A DNA stretch of 63,009 nucleotides, counting the filler, from Reclinomonas americana ATCC 50394 (lineage: Eukaryota): NCBI GenBank assembly GCA_048213135.1. It is 7 parts of 7 records of this genome, joined end to end, with 100 filler letters (N's around TTAATTAATTAA, not from the genome) between each part and the next. Parts side by side here need not be neighbours in the genome. Positions count along the whole stretch, not along the records: positions 27,872 to 39,990 come from AFZH01017009.1; positions 40,091 to 46,789 come from AFZH01017010.1; 5 more parts are not named here. The stretch is one strand, 5' to 3'. Below the pieces are notes generated by a model. That model made no database searches, was not told the DNA's origin, and saw only the letters and a list, made by a program, of their open reading frames with translations. Position numbers and translations under genes: made by a program. This document shows, piece after piece, positions 32,215 to 45,600 of the stretch (within the stretch, counting starts at the first letter, position 1; each line of letters starts with the position of its first letter).

Positions 32215-33411
32215 TTACTTGTCGTCGTCGCCCCCTCCTCCTTCACTTGCATCGTCTCCGTCGTCGACAGCTTCCTCGAGCTGCAGCAGCAGTTGGCGCA
32301 CATGCTCGGCAATCGGTTCACGGTGCTCGTAGCTCCACAGTTGCACGGCGATGATTTGCAGGCGCTGGCGCAGCGACGGTGCGCCGCTGTCAACGCTGCA
32401 CAGACCGCGCGTCTCGGCCGACTCGAACTCGGGGCAGGAGTAGCCGAACGAGATGGCCACGCGAGGCTCCAGCTGCGGCACACAGGTCGACGCGCGACCG
32501 CCAAAGTGTTGCAGCCGGCCGCTCCAACACAGCGCCGTGCCCGTGGCTGCCGGCACGGCGCGAATGCACTGCACATCAATGTCGGCGCTTGATGGCTGGT
32601 TTTCATCGTCATCGTCATCGTCTCCGCTGGTGCGATAGTATCCCAGATCCCAGAGAGCAGGCACCACGTACATGCAGCCTGCGGCAAGAAGCTGATGAGA
32701 GAAAAGGGGGAGGAGTCGAAAATCTCTGGTGGCCTCACCGTTGAGGGGCGTGGCATCGGTCAGTGCAAACCACACGGTGGCGTAGGCCGGTGGCTCGCCC
32801 GGTTGCAGTTGGAGAAGGTCGCGATCGCGATGCAGGCCCCATCCTCTAAAGGTGGAGTGAGGGCGACGAGAGAGAGAAAGAAAGCTGTTTGGTCCACGCA
32901 ACTTGCTGCCAGCACCGATACACCACGCCCACGTATCGAAGTTCGATCGGCAGTGCGGATTGACGAGACGCTGCACGAGAGAGCGCCCGTATCGCTCGAG
33001 TGCCCACGCTTCGTCGTACATGGCTGCGAACAGCGGAGGCCAACCCTGGCGAGCGACATCCGTCAGCACAGAATGATCGAGAAACGCGATCGGTGTGAAG
33101 AAACGCTTACCAGTCGCACAAGCGCGCGAATGATGACGCCAAGACGCCTGCACAGACGGGTCACACACACACTCTCTCTCTTCCTCTCTCCTCCGCTGCC
33201 TCACTCACCGACACAACCGATGCAGATCGCCATCACGCTTGCCCTCCACCGCAAAGTACCCTTCATCGCGCATCAGCGCGCGCAACCGATCGTCATCCTC
33301 CGCTGTCATCGGATCACCTTCCACGAGCGTCGTCTCCACACAAGCGTCATCGCTCGTGGCCACAAGCTGCTGCCAGAAGCCGTCAGTGAGCGCCTCGCGC
33401 AGCCGCAGCAT
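32215..33411 (-). CDS. Phytanoyl-CoA dioxygenase (PhyH) family 2OG-Fe(II) oxygenase
   Basis: DEGYFAV, GWGLHRD (HxD), TVWFALTDATPLNG|CMYVVP, GTALCWSGRLQHFGG (distal His), PRVAISF. Confidence 0.85.
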
Positions 33412-33760
33412 CCATTGAGTTGTCCGACGTCGACTGCAGCCTGCATGTCGTGTCTCCACGAGGGTACAATGGTAGGCAGCTGCATGTGATCGTGCAGTGT
33501 AGCGGAGACAGCTGCAGCAGCACACGCTGACTTGTGATTCTGTTTCATTTCGACGTCGACGTCGACGTTGGCAATGCATCAGTTCCAAGCTTAGGTGCAC
33601 AGAGATGCAGCTGCGCATGTGCACTACAACTACGACGCACCTATGCACCACCCCTGCACTCTATCCATCGCGACAGATGACACAAAAAAACTTGCATGTC
33701 CTGCGCATCATCATTTGCAAACTTGAAAGTGCGCGTGGCCACGCAGCAGGCACCACCAGC

Positions 33761-36700
33761 ATGGTGCAGATTGTGTTTGTGCTCGACACCAGTGTGTCCA
33801 TGAACCAACGCACTGCCGGAGGTACCACACATTCTCTCTCCCTCCCTCCCTCTCTCCCTGTTTCTCACCAAAACTCGCAGGCCTGTCGTACTTGGACGTG
33901 GCCAAGATGGGCATCGAGCACTTTATCAAGAAGCGCGGTCAGTTCCAGAACGCCCGCGGTGATCGCTACGCACTGGTCACTTGCACACCTCCACAGGCAG
34001 AGGATACAGACGAGGTTCTCACTCTCTCCATCACCATCACTCTTCTTCTCTCTCACTCTCTCACACGCTCGCCTCATGCCACAGTGGTGTCAATCAGCAG
34101 CCGACTGCGTGGAACGCGTGAAAGCGATCAGTGCCAGTCGCGATTGCCGCACAATGACTCCCGTGGGATTCACACTGCAACGCGCCTTTGATTTGCTCAA
34201 TGTGGCGCGCATGGCCAGCGGGCACGATCATTATGGCTTTGGGCGGTGTCCGTGGGTCTCCGATCCCGCCATCATTGTGCTCATCACCGATGGAGCACCG
34301 TTTGCCACCATGGATGGCGTCGTCGAGCAGGTAAACTTCTTCCATCATGCATGCCAGTCTCGACTGTCTGCTGATGCACGTGCGAGAGTAGCTGTCGCTG
34401 CCGTATGCGATCCAGGCAGAGCTCACTCGTGAGCCGTTTCGATGGGATCAGCGGCTGTACACGCTGCTCCTCGACATTCCTGGTGTGCAGCTCTCGCATG
34501 CACAGGTACGCGCGCTCATGTCGGAGGACGCCGGTGCGCAGAGCCACAAGACGCCCGCCGATCACATTGCCATCATGTGTGAGGTCACGGGTGGGCGGCT
34601 GTACCGCTTGCCCGATGTGCGGTCGGTGCTAGCGCGCACCGATGAACTGGTGCAGTGTGCGCAGCAGGCTGGAGTGGTGGTGCAGGTGTGTTTTGGGAAG
34701 GAATGCCGCTTGTTGGGAAGAAGCTGATGTGATGATGACGACGACGATTGCACAGATGAGGCTGTCGCACGGGCAGCCGGTGCGCACGTTTCTCCATTTG
34801 CGCGGTCTCGTCGGCAACTGGCCCATTCCCGAGTCGTACAAGCCAACCGTGGAGATGCAGTCGCTTGTGCGTGTGCATGATGACCCCTCCCCTACTCGCC
34901 AGTAACTCACTTGTTGTGTTACGCACAGCCACAACGCTCCGCGCAACCACTCATCGTGTGTCTGCCGCCTCAGCGCGGCAGCGAGCAAGTGGATGATGCG
35001 GCGCTGATTCCCGAATTCTTCCCCTTTGACAAGTACGATCTCGATCCTTGCCTGGTGTCGGACCACATCATCCAGGCCTCCCGCACCGCACAGGCTGCAC
35101 GCAGACCACTGCCGACATTTCGCGTGCGTGCCACTCACTCTGCTGGAGTAGTGTGTCTTGTCTCTCATTCTTGTTGTGATATCCTGGCAGGCATACGTTG
35201 AGTTGAATGACGGCAAGCGCAGTGTGCTTGGTGAGCCGTTCGGCTTCCTGAAGGCCAAGACGAATCTCTCGTTGGTCACTCTGTACGTGTTGCCGTACAA
35301 TTACTCGCGACTCTTTTCGCTTCTCGGTGAGTGGAACACAGAAGGGTGTCACGAATGTGGCACACGAACTCATGAGGTTTATGTGCAGAGCAATTCAAGC
35401 ACCCATCGGCCATTGGACCCAAGCTGCGCGCTCAGTACCGTGAGTACATTGACTCGGTGCCAATCTACTACCTCACGCCGTTGCAGCGAGGTACTGTGGG
35501 GGTGGCGAAGTTGCAGTAGCCTTTTCGTGTGTTCTCATCTCCAGCCGCAGCTCTCTTGCGATTCAGTGTGCCGCCCGTGGAGATCCCCGACGCGAAGAAC
35601 ATGAACCGCAGCATCGCTGTGCAGTACATTCAGCATTTGCGGGTGCAGGTGTGTCACCATGGGTCACCTCTTATCCATCCCTCCAGTTCTCCTCACCTCT
35701 CTCTCTTTCCTCTCGCAGTGCAAGCAACAAGTGGACCGCATCCAGCAAAAGGCCGCCCTGGCTGCCGCCGCCGCTGCGGCTGCGACTGGAGCTGGTGGTC
35801 GACTCGGACGACCGGCGTCGCCGGTGCCCGGTGCCGGTGGCTCCCTGCTGCCTCTGGCACCTCCACAGTCTCCCATGGCTGGCGGACCGAACGCTGTGGC
35901 CGGAGCGGCTGGTGCTGGTGCGTCGCGCGCTCCCGGGGCGGTGGGTATCGTGGTGGGCACACTGCCGAGTGGACGGTCGGCGCTGCTGCAAAAGGTTCGC
36001 TACGAGCCCTTCTTGAGGTTTCAACTTCTTGCTGACCTTGGGTTTGGATCTCCAGCTGGCCGCACTGCGCATGGAAGTGTTGCCGTCGAGCGAGCGGCGT
36101 AACCGTGGTCGCGACGACGACGATCTCGACGACATTTCGATTCCGAGTTCGCCGTGGGCGCCGCACGGCGATGTCGACGGCGTGTCGATGCTCAGCGGCT
36201 CCACGTTCTTTGGTGGCGCAAGCAGCCCACAGCGCGACTTGGATGACGCACAGTCGCTGCACTCGACCAGCTCGTTGGCGCTCAGTCAGTCGCGCGAACA
36301 GAGAATACGAGCGAAGCGCGAGCGACTCGAGCATCTCATCCACACGGTGCCGATTGCCATGATGGGGTGCGCTTGAATCACGATGAGGGGATGAGGGAAA
36401 GAGGGAAAGAGAGAGAGACTCTTTGCTCACGCCTGTATCACAGAGACTTTCACTCGTATTTGCTGAAGCAGGAGGTGCCGCGAGATCCTCTTGCCGACGA
36501 CGAGGTAAGTGCACGAGATCACCTGTGTGCAGAATGCAGTGCGCTGACTTCGTTATCCACAGGGTCGAAGCAGTCACCGTGTGACTTTCGGGAGTCCGTT
36601 CCGGCGTGTGCGCTCAGGTGATCGCAAGAAGCTGGCGCGCGGCGGTCCGGCAGCGTCCGAAGACGACGAAGCCGAGGACGAAGCTGGCGTGGTGCGTGCC

Positions 36701-38070
36701 TTCCCTCACAGCACTGACTTTTATGCACACTCACTCACCGCCACCGCTGCCATCATTTTCAGCTAAACGCTGGCATGGATGGACTGGACGAGGGATTGCC
36801 GGGAGTGAGCACACCTGGCCGTGCTGCTGACCCGCGGCGGCGGCGAGGAGGTCTGGCGGCTGGGGCAGCAGCACCGGGAGCTGCTGGTCGTGGTTCTGGT
36901 CGTGGCGCTCGCGGTGGAGCCGCTGGGCGTGGAGGAGGAGCAAGTGGGCGCGGTGGCGGCGGTGGCCCTACGGAGATGACTGTTGACGGCGCAGCGGGCT
37001 CCTCAGTACCTGTTGCTGGCGGTGCGGCCGCTGCTGCGTTTGCCGCCATTGCCGCGGCCTCGACGCCGGGCACCATCTCCTCGTCGACAAGCACGTCGAC
37101 CACTGCTACTTCAACCAGTACCGCCCCGGCTGCTGCCGCTGCTGCTTCCGCGGTATCACCGTTTGCCGCCGGCGCTTCTCCATTTGCCGCCGCTGCCGCC
37201 GCTGCTGCTGCCGCAGCCGCCGCCGCCGCCGCAGCCTCTTCCCCTGCTCTGGTGGCAGCTTCGGGAGCCTCCAATGCAGCTGCGCCCGCGGGCTCCGTTG
37301 GGTCGCTGCTCGGCGCCTTGTCGCCAGTGTTGCCCGTGGTGCCGGCGGCAGCGGCAGGAGGGGGCAGCCCTTCTCCTGTGCCGACCGCCGGCGGCGGCAC
37401 TGCTGGGGCAGCTGCAAGTCAGGGCACTGCTGCCGCAGGATCGGCAGCTGCTGGTGCTGGCGCTGCGCTGACTCCATCGCCACTGCCAACCGCCGCACCA
37501 CGGCTGCCGGCTGCGAGCACCACGCGCCTCACGTTGAGTCGGCACACGATCTCCCTCGACAAGCTGTCGTCGGACTTTGATCACGAGCTCCCTGACGAGT
37601 TTCGCGCGGCCGCCGATCGCCGTGTGGTGGGTCTCTCCTCGCGCGTGTGCGGAGGTTGATCGTGATGCTGACATGTCCTGTTTGTCGCAGGAGGTGCTGG
37701 TGGATCGCGCACAGGCTCGCCCCGTGACGCGGCTGGTGCGACAGGAGATTCGCAGCTTTTCACGGAAGCGACCACGAGGTAACGCGTCGTGCACGATGCA
37801 AACGTGAGCCACAGCATGCTAACACGCAGCACGAACAGAACTGGAAGAGTTTGTCAACGACCGATGGCGTCAACTCGATGGTTCATTGAATCTCTCGTCA
37901 CCGTCTCTTGCTTGTGCTCTGCGCTAACCACGAGAGCACACACAGAGCGAGTCCCAGAGCCGACCCGCAAGCGTCGCGTGCTGCAAGAGTGGATCGGCGA
38001 GGCACGCGAATTCGGCAACTCCACCATGGTGGCGGCGCTGTCTCAGCTCGACGACTTGGCCGTGCAATGA
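33761..38070 (+). CDS. INTS6: Integrator complex subunit 6 (VWA domain)
   Basis: IVFVLDTSVSMNQR, YLDVAK, RGDRYALVT, FGRCPW..PAIIVLITDG, LTREPFRWDQRLY, GNWPIPESY, FPFDKYDLDP, EPFGFLK, VLPYNY, HTVPIAMMG, FGSPF. Confidence 0.92.
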
Positions 38071-38091
38071 ATGAACGCACGCGATCCTTCG

Positions 38092-39045
38092 TCACACTGG
38101 CGCGTTGGCGTCGCTCGAGCTGCTGCTACTGCTGCTATCCGACGAGTCACTGTCGTCCTCGGCCAGCAGTGGCTGACTCTGTCGTTGTTGCTGTTGCTGT
38201 TGTCTTCGTCGCTGCTGTTGAGAAGAAGGAAGAGGCGGTGGTGCTCCAGACAGCACCACTGCACGGATTCTCCTCGGCATCTCGACCACATCGTCGTCGT
38301 CGTCGTCGGCTGTGGCACCAGGCCGCGTGCAAAAGAGCCAGTCGGTCCACCATTGCCAGTCGCGCGACAGGAACATGAGAAAGCGATAGGCGGCGTGTGC
38401 CACCGCAGGCAACCAGAAGAGCAGCAGCAAGGCAATGTTCAGTGCCACATCGCGGTAGCGCTCGCGGCGTCGCTTGCCCTCGCTCCAGCCCTGGGAGAGA
38501 AGAGAGGGAAAGGGAGGGAGAGGGAAAGGGAGGGAGAGGGAAGAGAGGGAGAGGGGAGGGAGGGGGAGGGGGAAAAGGGAGAAGGAGAGATCACGGTGAG
38601 CGAGAGAGTGAAAGAAAGGGAGAAGAGAGATGGAGAGAGACAGAGAGAGAGATGGAGAGAGACAGAGAGAGAGAGAGAGAGAAGGAGAGTGAGAAGGAGA
38701 GCGAGAGAAGAGAGGATGGTGGGAGGGGGGAGGAGGGAGAGAGAGAGAGAGACGAGGCAGTGTAAGTCTCTGCGCACGCTGTCTCTGACCCTGTCTTCCT
38801 GCTTCTCTCTCCCTCCCCCCCTCCTCTCTCTCACTCACTCGCTCACTAACTCACTGTCTCTCTCTCTCTCTCTCTCTCTCTTTCCACAGACGCACCACGA
38901 GTAGAATGGCCAGTGGCGGCATAATGAAGCACAGAATCGCCAGTGCGGCAGGGTAGGCCACGAAGCGAAACGAGCAGCCGACGACCACTATCAGTGTGTC
39001 GCGCACGCGACTGCCACACGATGACTGCGACGTGTCATCGCTCAT
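38092..39045 (-). CDS. Pmp3/UPF0057 proteolipid-domain protein with acidic/Gln-rich tail
   Basis: AILCFIMPPLAILL|...VALNIALLLLFWLPAVAHAAY matches the Pmp3 pattern. Confidence 0.8.
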
Positions 39046-39186
39046 GGGCGCGAGATCAATACGATGCAGGACAACTCGTCACCGCGTCTTCGTTTTACGG
39101 CCTCACAGGGAGGAGAGAGTGCGCGTGGAGAGTACTACTGTAGGAGAACAAGAAAAGAACACAAAAAAAGTACAGCAAGCTCCTGA

Positions 39187-40090
39187 TCATCGACGAGCGG
39201 ATCGCTGCGACGAGGAGACTTGCGAGGCAGCACCGTCGACGCTGGCCGCTGTCGACACGAGCGTGGAGCGAGGCCGGGTGGCTGAGTACATGGACGAGGC
39301 GTCGATAGACGGCTGGCGTTTGGGCGACTGCGTGAGGAGAGCGCGCGCCGAGGCCGACGTCGGTGCGGCGTCGAGGGCGGCGGCGGCCGGCGATGGTGTG
39401 TACGATACGCTGGGCGAGCCGTTGCTGCTGCGTGCGGGTGATGCCGACTGGCCACGCTGAGCGTCGGCCTCGGCCTTTTGGCGACGCAGCTGGCGGTGTC
39501 GCCACACAATGAGGATTTCCTCCGGACCAGTTACCTGCGCCCAATGTCAAGTGCAGCGAAGGCGAAGGAAGGCGAGGCCGACAAACCGTCACCACCACGG
39601 TCTGGTTCGACTTGTCTTGGCCGGACTGTGAGCGCATGCGGGTGCGAGGCGCCGGGATGCCCGAGTCGCCGGTCGACAGGTGAATATCCAGCGCGATGAT
39701 GCAGTGCGTGATGGTGTTGCGTGACATGGATTGCCCGGTGCGCACGGCCTCTTCCACCAGCGCCAGCAGACCTAAAGGCAGAAGGAGAAGAAGATGAGCG
39801 CACAGGAAGGGGGGGAGGGGAGGAAGGGTAGAATGGAAAGGAAGGAAGGAGGAGGAAGAAGAGTGAGAGGGAGAGAGGGAAGAAGAGGGAGAGGAAGAGG
39901 AAGAGGAAGAGGACGAGGAAGAGGAGGAGAGGAAGAGGAGGAGGAAGAGGAAGAGGAGGAGGAAGAGGAAGAGGAGGAGGAGGAGGAAGANNNNNNNNNN
40001 NNNNNNNNNNNNNNNNNNNNNNNNNNNNNNNNNNTTAATTAATTAANNNNNNNNNNNNNNNNNNNNNNNNNNNNNNNNNNNNNNNNNNNN

Positions 40091-40164
<74 letters not shown>

Positions 40165-42641
40165 GAGGAGGAGGAAGAGGAAGAGGAAGAGGAAGAGGAA
40201 GAGGAAGAGGAAGAGGAGGAGGAGGAGGGAAGAAGAAGAAGAAGAAGAAGAAGGAGAGCACGGAGGACACCAGAAGGAGAATGAGCAGTAACCAACAGCA
40301 GCAGCAGCAGCATGAGGAGGAGGAGGAGGAAGAGGAAAAGGAGGAGGAGTAAGAAGAAGAGGTGGACGACGGAAGGAAATGGAAGAGAAGAGCAAGAAGA
40401 AGAGGGGAATGGGAGCAGGAGGACGGGGAGGAAGCGGAAGCCGCAAATTTGGAAGAGGAGAAAGAGGGAGAACGAAAAGGGGAACGGAGATGAAGACCGG
40501 CAAGAAAAAGAGGGAAAAGGAAAGGAGAACGCGAGGGAGAACACGAGGAAGAGGAAGAAGAAGGAAGAAGAACAAGAACACGACAAGAGAAACGCTATTA
40601 CCCATCACTCCTCCTTCGTTTCTTCTCCCACTTCACGTCTTCTTCGTCCTCTTCCTCCTGTTTCCACTTCCTCCTTCTTCCTCTACCTCTCTCCTTGCCT
40701 CTTCGCCTCTTCTCCTCCTTTCATCTACCACCCCATCCCCCCTCGGTTCGCCCCTTCTTCCTTCCCTTCCCCGTCCGCCTCCTTCTCCATCACCGCAACA
40801 CACCATGGCTGTTCACCGGCATGCCGTGCACCTCGGTGAGCTCATGCAGCAGCGTGTTCTTGAGCCACGCATCCAGTGCGCCATGGTGCGCAAAGTGATA
40901 CATGTTCCACGTGCGGATACCGAGCTGGCCGCGAGCTGTGCGCACGGGAGAGAGACGGGAGTGAGAAGACTGACTCTACGCTGAATGCGCGTTGCTGTCG
41001 GTGCAACTGTCGGCCTTTTTCTTCTCGAAGCGATTGACGTACGAGTTGAAGTACGAGTCCTGCGCCACCTCCTTGTAGGCCGGAGGGCTTGGCTGTGATG
41101 GGTGAACGGGGTGAATGATGATGCGTGTCTACACACAAACACAAAAGGTAGAGACAGAGTAACGCACTGCGCGACCGGGAGCCGGGGCCTCGGGTGGCGG
41201 CATGGGCACGGAGCTGTGCTCGGCGTCGGGGTACATGTTGACGTGCATGTCGTGAATCTTGCGCATCAGCTCCGGTTTGCTCACGTCGCTGGCCAGGCGC
41301 GCGACCACCTTTTGCGACTGTAGCACGCACGGTGAGCAGCACGCACATGATGGTGGTGTGAGATGGCAATGTCGCAACTTTGGAAACTGGCTGCACGCTT
41401 TCCACCCGCGCCAGCGCTCCGCACTGTGGCCGGCACTTAAAGTACCGCCTGCCGTGCACCTCGCCATCGTGGCGGCCCTCTGCAGGCACCATGTGGTCAA
41501 CAACAGAGAACTCAATCACAAACAATGAGATTGATACGAACCAGCACTTGAGAGCTCCACGCCGACCCACACGCCGTCGGCGAAATGCGTCTCGCCGACA
41601 AACTTGACAATGCCGGTGGATCGCAGGCCACTCACTGCCACCTCGTCGCCGACAGCCGGCAGCCACTGGTGCTTGTATTCGGTGGTCACCGGACTCGCTG
41701 CGGGAATGGTCAATTCTCTGCCTGTACTCAAAAAACATGACACTTGCCACGCAACGGACGGTGGCTGGGCGGGGCGGTGGCGCGCCGCTGACCACAGTCG
41801 GCACCACGGTCTGGAAGGGCTTGAGCGCGCGTGCCACCTTGTCGTAGTCGCCCTCCGCAAACCAATCGGCACACTTGCGCAGCAGAGTTTCCTGCAACAC
41901 ACAGTTCAGCATCAGTTCCATTCGACAACTCCACAGCCTCCTTCTCCCACTCACTCACCAGATGCGCAATACGCAGTCCACGATCGCCCTTCTCCTGCAC
42001 ACCAACAAAATACGCATGAAAACGACAGCAAGCAGAAGGGGATTCTCCGCTCAGCACGGCTGTAACGCAACCAATCTCACAATGTCCGACTCGCCCTCGT
42101 ACCCATCAGCATACTCATCCGCATAGTAGTCATCCTCCTCCGCCTCACCACCACCATTCGCGGCACCCTTTACAGCCACCGTAGCCGTGGTAATAGGCGA
42201 CGGAAGGCGCGCCAGTCGTCCCAGCACCCCAAACGACGACGATCCTGCATCACTCTGCCCCTCGACCTCCTCCTGATCGCCCTCTCCCTCCGCCTCATAG
42301 TAGCGCGCTCCGTTGCGCGCCACCACCGCCAGCGCCTCTTCCACCTCCTCGTCGTCTTCTCCATTCCCACTACTGGTGTACTTCGGTTGCATGTCGGCGA
42401 CGAGTTGCGTGAGCGGAGGTGCAGAGAGCACTGGCTGCTTGAGACGCGTGTGTGACACCACCACGGGTGAGCCACTTGGCGGAGGCCCGCCCACTGCGGT
42501 GCGACCGACCACGGTGATGGCCGGTGAGTGGAGCAGCATCGGAACACCACCAGTGCCTCCTCCGCGACTGCCACTGTCATTGTTCCACATGAGTGGCGGG
42601 GACCTGGTCGCCGAGGCAGAGGCCACACGTCGCGTTTGCAT
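39187..42641 (-). CDS. CAP-Gly domain protein
   Basis: VGDEVAVSG...GIVKFVGETHFADGVWVGVEL|..EGRHDGEVHGRRYFKC; start may be 42590; spans a gap. Confidence 0.8.
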
Positions 42642-42692
42642 TGAGGATATCGAAGGGAGCGAGGGTGGGACCGCGCGAGGACATTCGCAGGA

Positions 42693-45600
42693 ATGGAGTG
42701 CTTGCTGTGCGCTTCGTCACAGCAGCGACTCGGCGGCTTGTCTGTGGCCGCCAATGGCATCACGGCGTATCTCACACGCCCCAGTGGTGCCTCCAGTGAC
42801 ACAAGCGTGGCAGTGGTGGTCTGTTTTCCACACTCTCACTGTCTCGCCCATGCTGTGAGCGCTGATGTTGTGTTTTGCGCGTGTAGGATGCACTGGACCC
42901 GGGTACATGTCGCGGGCCACTGCCAGCATCATCCACCAGCAAGCACGTGTGGCTGTCGCGACTGACACCACTGGCCGACAGTTGCGCGCGCACAGTGCAT
43001 TCGTTCGCGATCGACTCACACTCACTCACTCGTGACATAAGACATTGTGGATCCGGCGGAGCTGCGTTCGCGACTGGCGCCGCTCAGTGGCCGTCGATCG
43101 AGCAACGTGCAAGTGGCGCTCGATTCGCAGGCGTCGTCGGCCACGGTGTCGCATTTGGTGTTTTCGCCTGCGTTGTCGTTCTTGCCCGGCTGCTTCCTGC
43201 TGGCGGTACTCGGTCGCCACTCGGTGCTGCGTACGGTGTTTTGCGATACCACGGTCGATCCGCCGTTGTTTTGCGATGTTTCGTTGGCCTGCAGAAGGAC
43301 GATTGGTGTTGAGCGATCGCTGACGTGTTGTGATAGGCGTTGGACTTGGCCGACTTGCACGTGGCGCACGTGGCCGCCGATGCACCTGTTGCGCCAGTTG
43401 CGTCTGTGCGTGCTCCACTCGGCTTTGCTTTTTGTGCTGATCGACCGAGCAGAGCCAGGGCGAGGATGTCGTGAAAGTGGAAGCCGAGCAAGACGAGGTG
43501 GTGGCGATGATGGTGGTGGAGGAGCGGCGTCCGCGTGGCCGCTTGCGACAGAGCAACATACCCGACGTGGATCTGGATGCCGATCCAGCGAGTTTCGCGC
43601 TGCGCTGCCAGAGAAAGCGAGACAACTGCGTGCTGATTGTGTGTGTGTGTTGCAGGTCTCTCGCAGATTGATCGTCGCAAGGTGTTGTATGCATTGTGTG
43701 AACGCGAGCTGGTGAACTTCCTGCAGGAGTACGACCCCGACGTGATACTGGCGTGGCCGCCCGACGCCGACGTTAACCTGAGCAGCAATCAACTGTGGTT
43801 CGACGCCGTGAGCAAGGTGTGTGCCGGTCGGTCGGAGCTGTGCAATCGAAGCACCTCGCTGACGCACGTGGCAGACTCTTGATGCAAACGCACGGCTCGC
43901 CAAAATGTGTGCATTCAAGAACGACGTTCTGACTCGCCAGGAGATGCGTCGTCGCTTCCGACTGGCCGTTGCTGAACGCGGCGCCAGCAGTTGCGTGATC
44001 TTCCTCCCCCGCCATGGTGCGCAATAGCACAGACTCATTGCGCCGCAGTTGCTCCCACGGACGAGGCATATCAGCACTGCCTGCCAACTGTGTTTTCAAA
44101 GGTAGAAGCAGCCATGTTGGCGACCGCCGCCGCCGCAGCAGCAGCAGCAGCCGCCGACGCAACTGACGACGGGGCGAGCGGGGAGCCGGCGTTGAAGCGA
44201 CAGGAGGTGGCACAAGGAGAGGTTGCGGTTGGTGGGTGGTGCAGTTCTCTTACTGCGTGCGTGCATGCGTCATACACTCACACATCTGCAGTTGTCAAGC
44301 CAATCATCGCACTGAGTCGACCTCGCGGCCGTCCACGCAAGTATCCACGACCAGCGGAGGCAGAGTCTCCGCTCAAACCTTCAACCAGGACTGGTCTGTG
44401 TCGTGTGTTCTGTCATGGCGTCCCTGTTGTAATATTGACCTGCGTGCTTCCTCACAGAATTGGAAGGCAGGGGAGACGGCGCGGAGGGAGCAGTTGCGAG
44501 CCAGGAGTCAGCACCACCGCCACCACGGAAACGCGGCCGCCCGCGCAAGAATCCACTACCGGCAGATGCAGAGCCTCCGCGCACAACTGGTTTGTGATGT
44601 GTGTAACCATGGCGCGCGTGTTTTCTTTGTGCTCACCTGCGCACGCCCACACAGACGAGCAAGAGAAGACGAGCCAGGAGTCTGCACTGGCGGAATCTAA
44701 AATCATTCGCCCGCCAGAACCACCACTGCCACAACGGGGACGCGGCCGTCCACGTAAGAATCCACTTCTGGCAGATGCGCAGCGTCCGCGCAAATCCCCG
44801 ACCAGAACTGGTTGTGATGTGTGTATTGCCATGGCGCTCGTATTTTGTTGTGCTCACGTTGCTGCGCCTTCTCACAGACGAGCAAGAGAAGGGAGACGGC
44901 ATGGAGGAGGCAGTGGCAAGCCAGGAGTCTGCACTGGTGGAACCCAAAATCATTCGTCCCGCAGAATCGCTGCCGCCACCGCCACCACCGCCGCCGCCTC
45001 CGCCACTACAGCCACTCCAGAAGCAGTTGGCACCGTTCGATGTGCCCGACACCCCGCTGTCGGATACAGACGGCGAGCACATGGCTGTCGATGCGGTGAC
45101 GCCGGCCGCAGCGTTGCTTTCCGCGGCCCCTTCGTCACCGCGTCGCATGGTGCGCAAACGGAGTCGCGCGCAAATGGACGCGGAAGACGGACAGGCGGCT
45201 GCGGTGGTGAAAAGCAGGAAGCAGAAGGAGGAAGAAGTGGACGAAGAGGAGGAAGAGGAGGAGGAGGAGGAGGAAGAGGTCATTCCAACCCCGAAAGTGC
45301 GCGGCCGTGTGGCACAACAAAGTGCCGCCGCGGAGGTGGAAAGCAAGCCGAAGGAGAAGGACATTGCTGACGACGACTACGGTGTCGTGGAGCTATCCGA
45401 GTGTGAGCAGTGGATCCGTCCCGTGGCTCGCTTTGTTGCATCGCATCGTCGGGAGTCGGTTTGTGCTGGCAAGGAGCTGTGCTTGCTGTGGGCGGTGGAG
45501 GAAAGTTCTCATTGTGCGTGCAGGTGGACGCACTGCTGGTTCCGTTGTAAGCGTGCCTGTGTGACATGGCAAATATCTTCTTTCCTCTCATCGCCATTGT

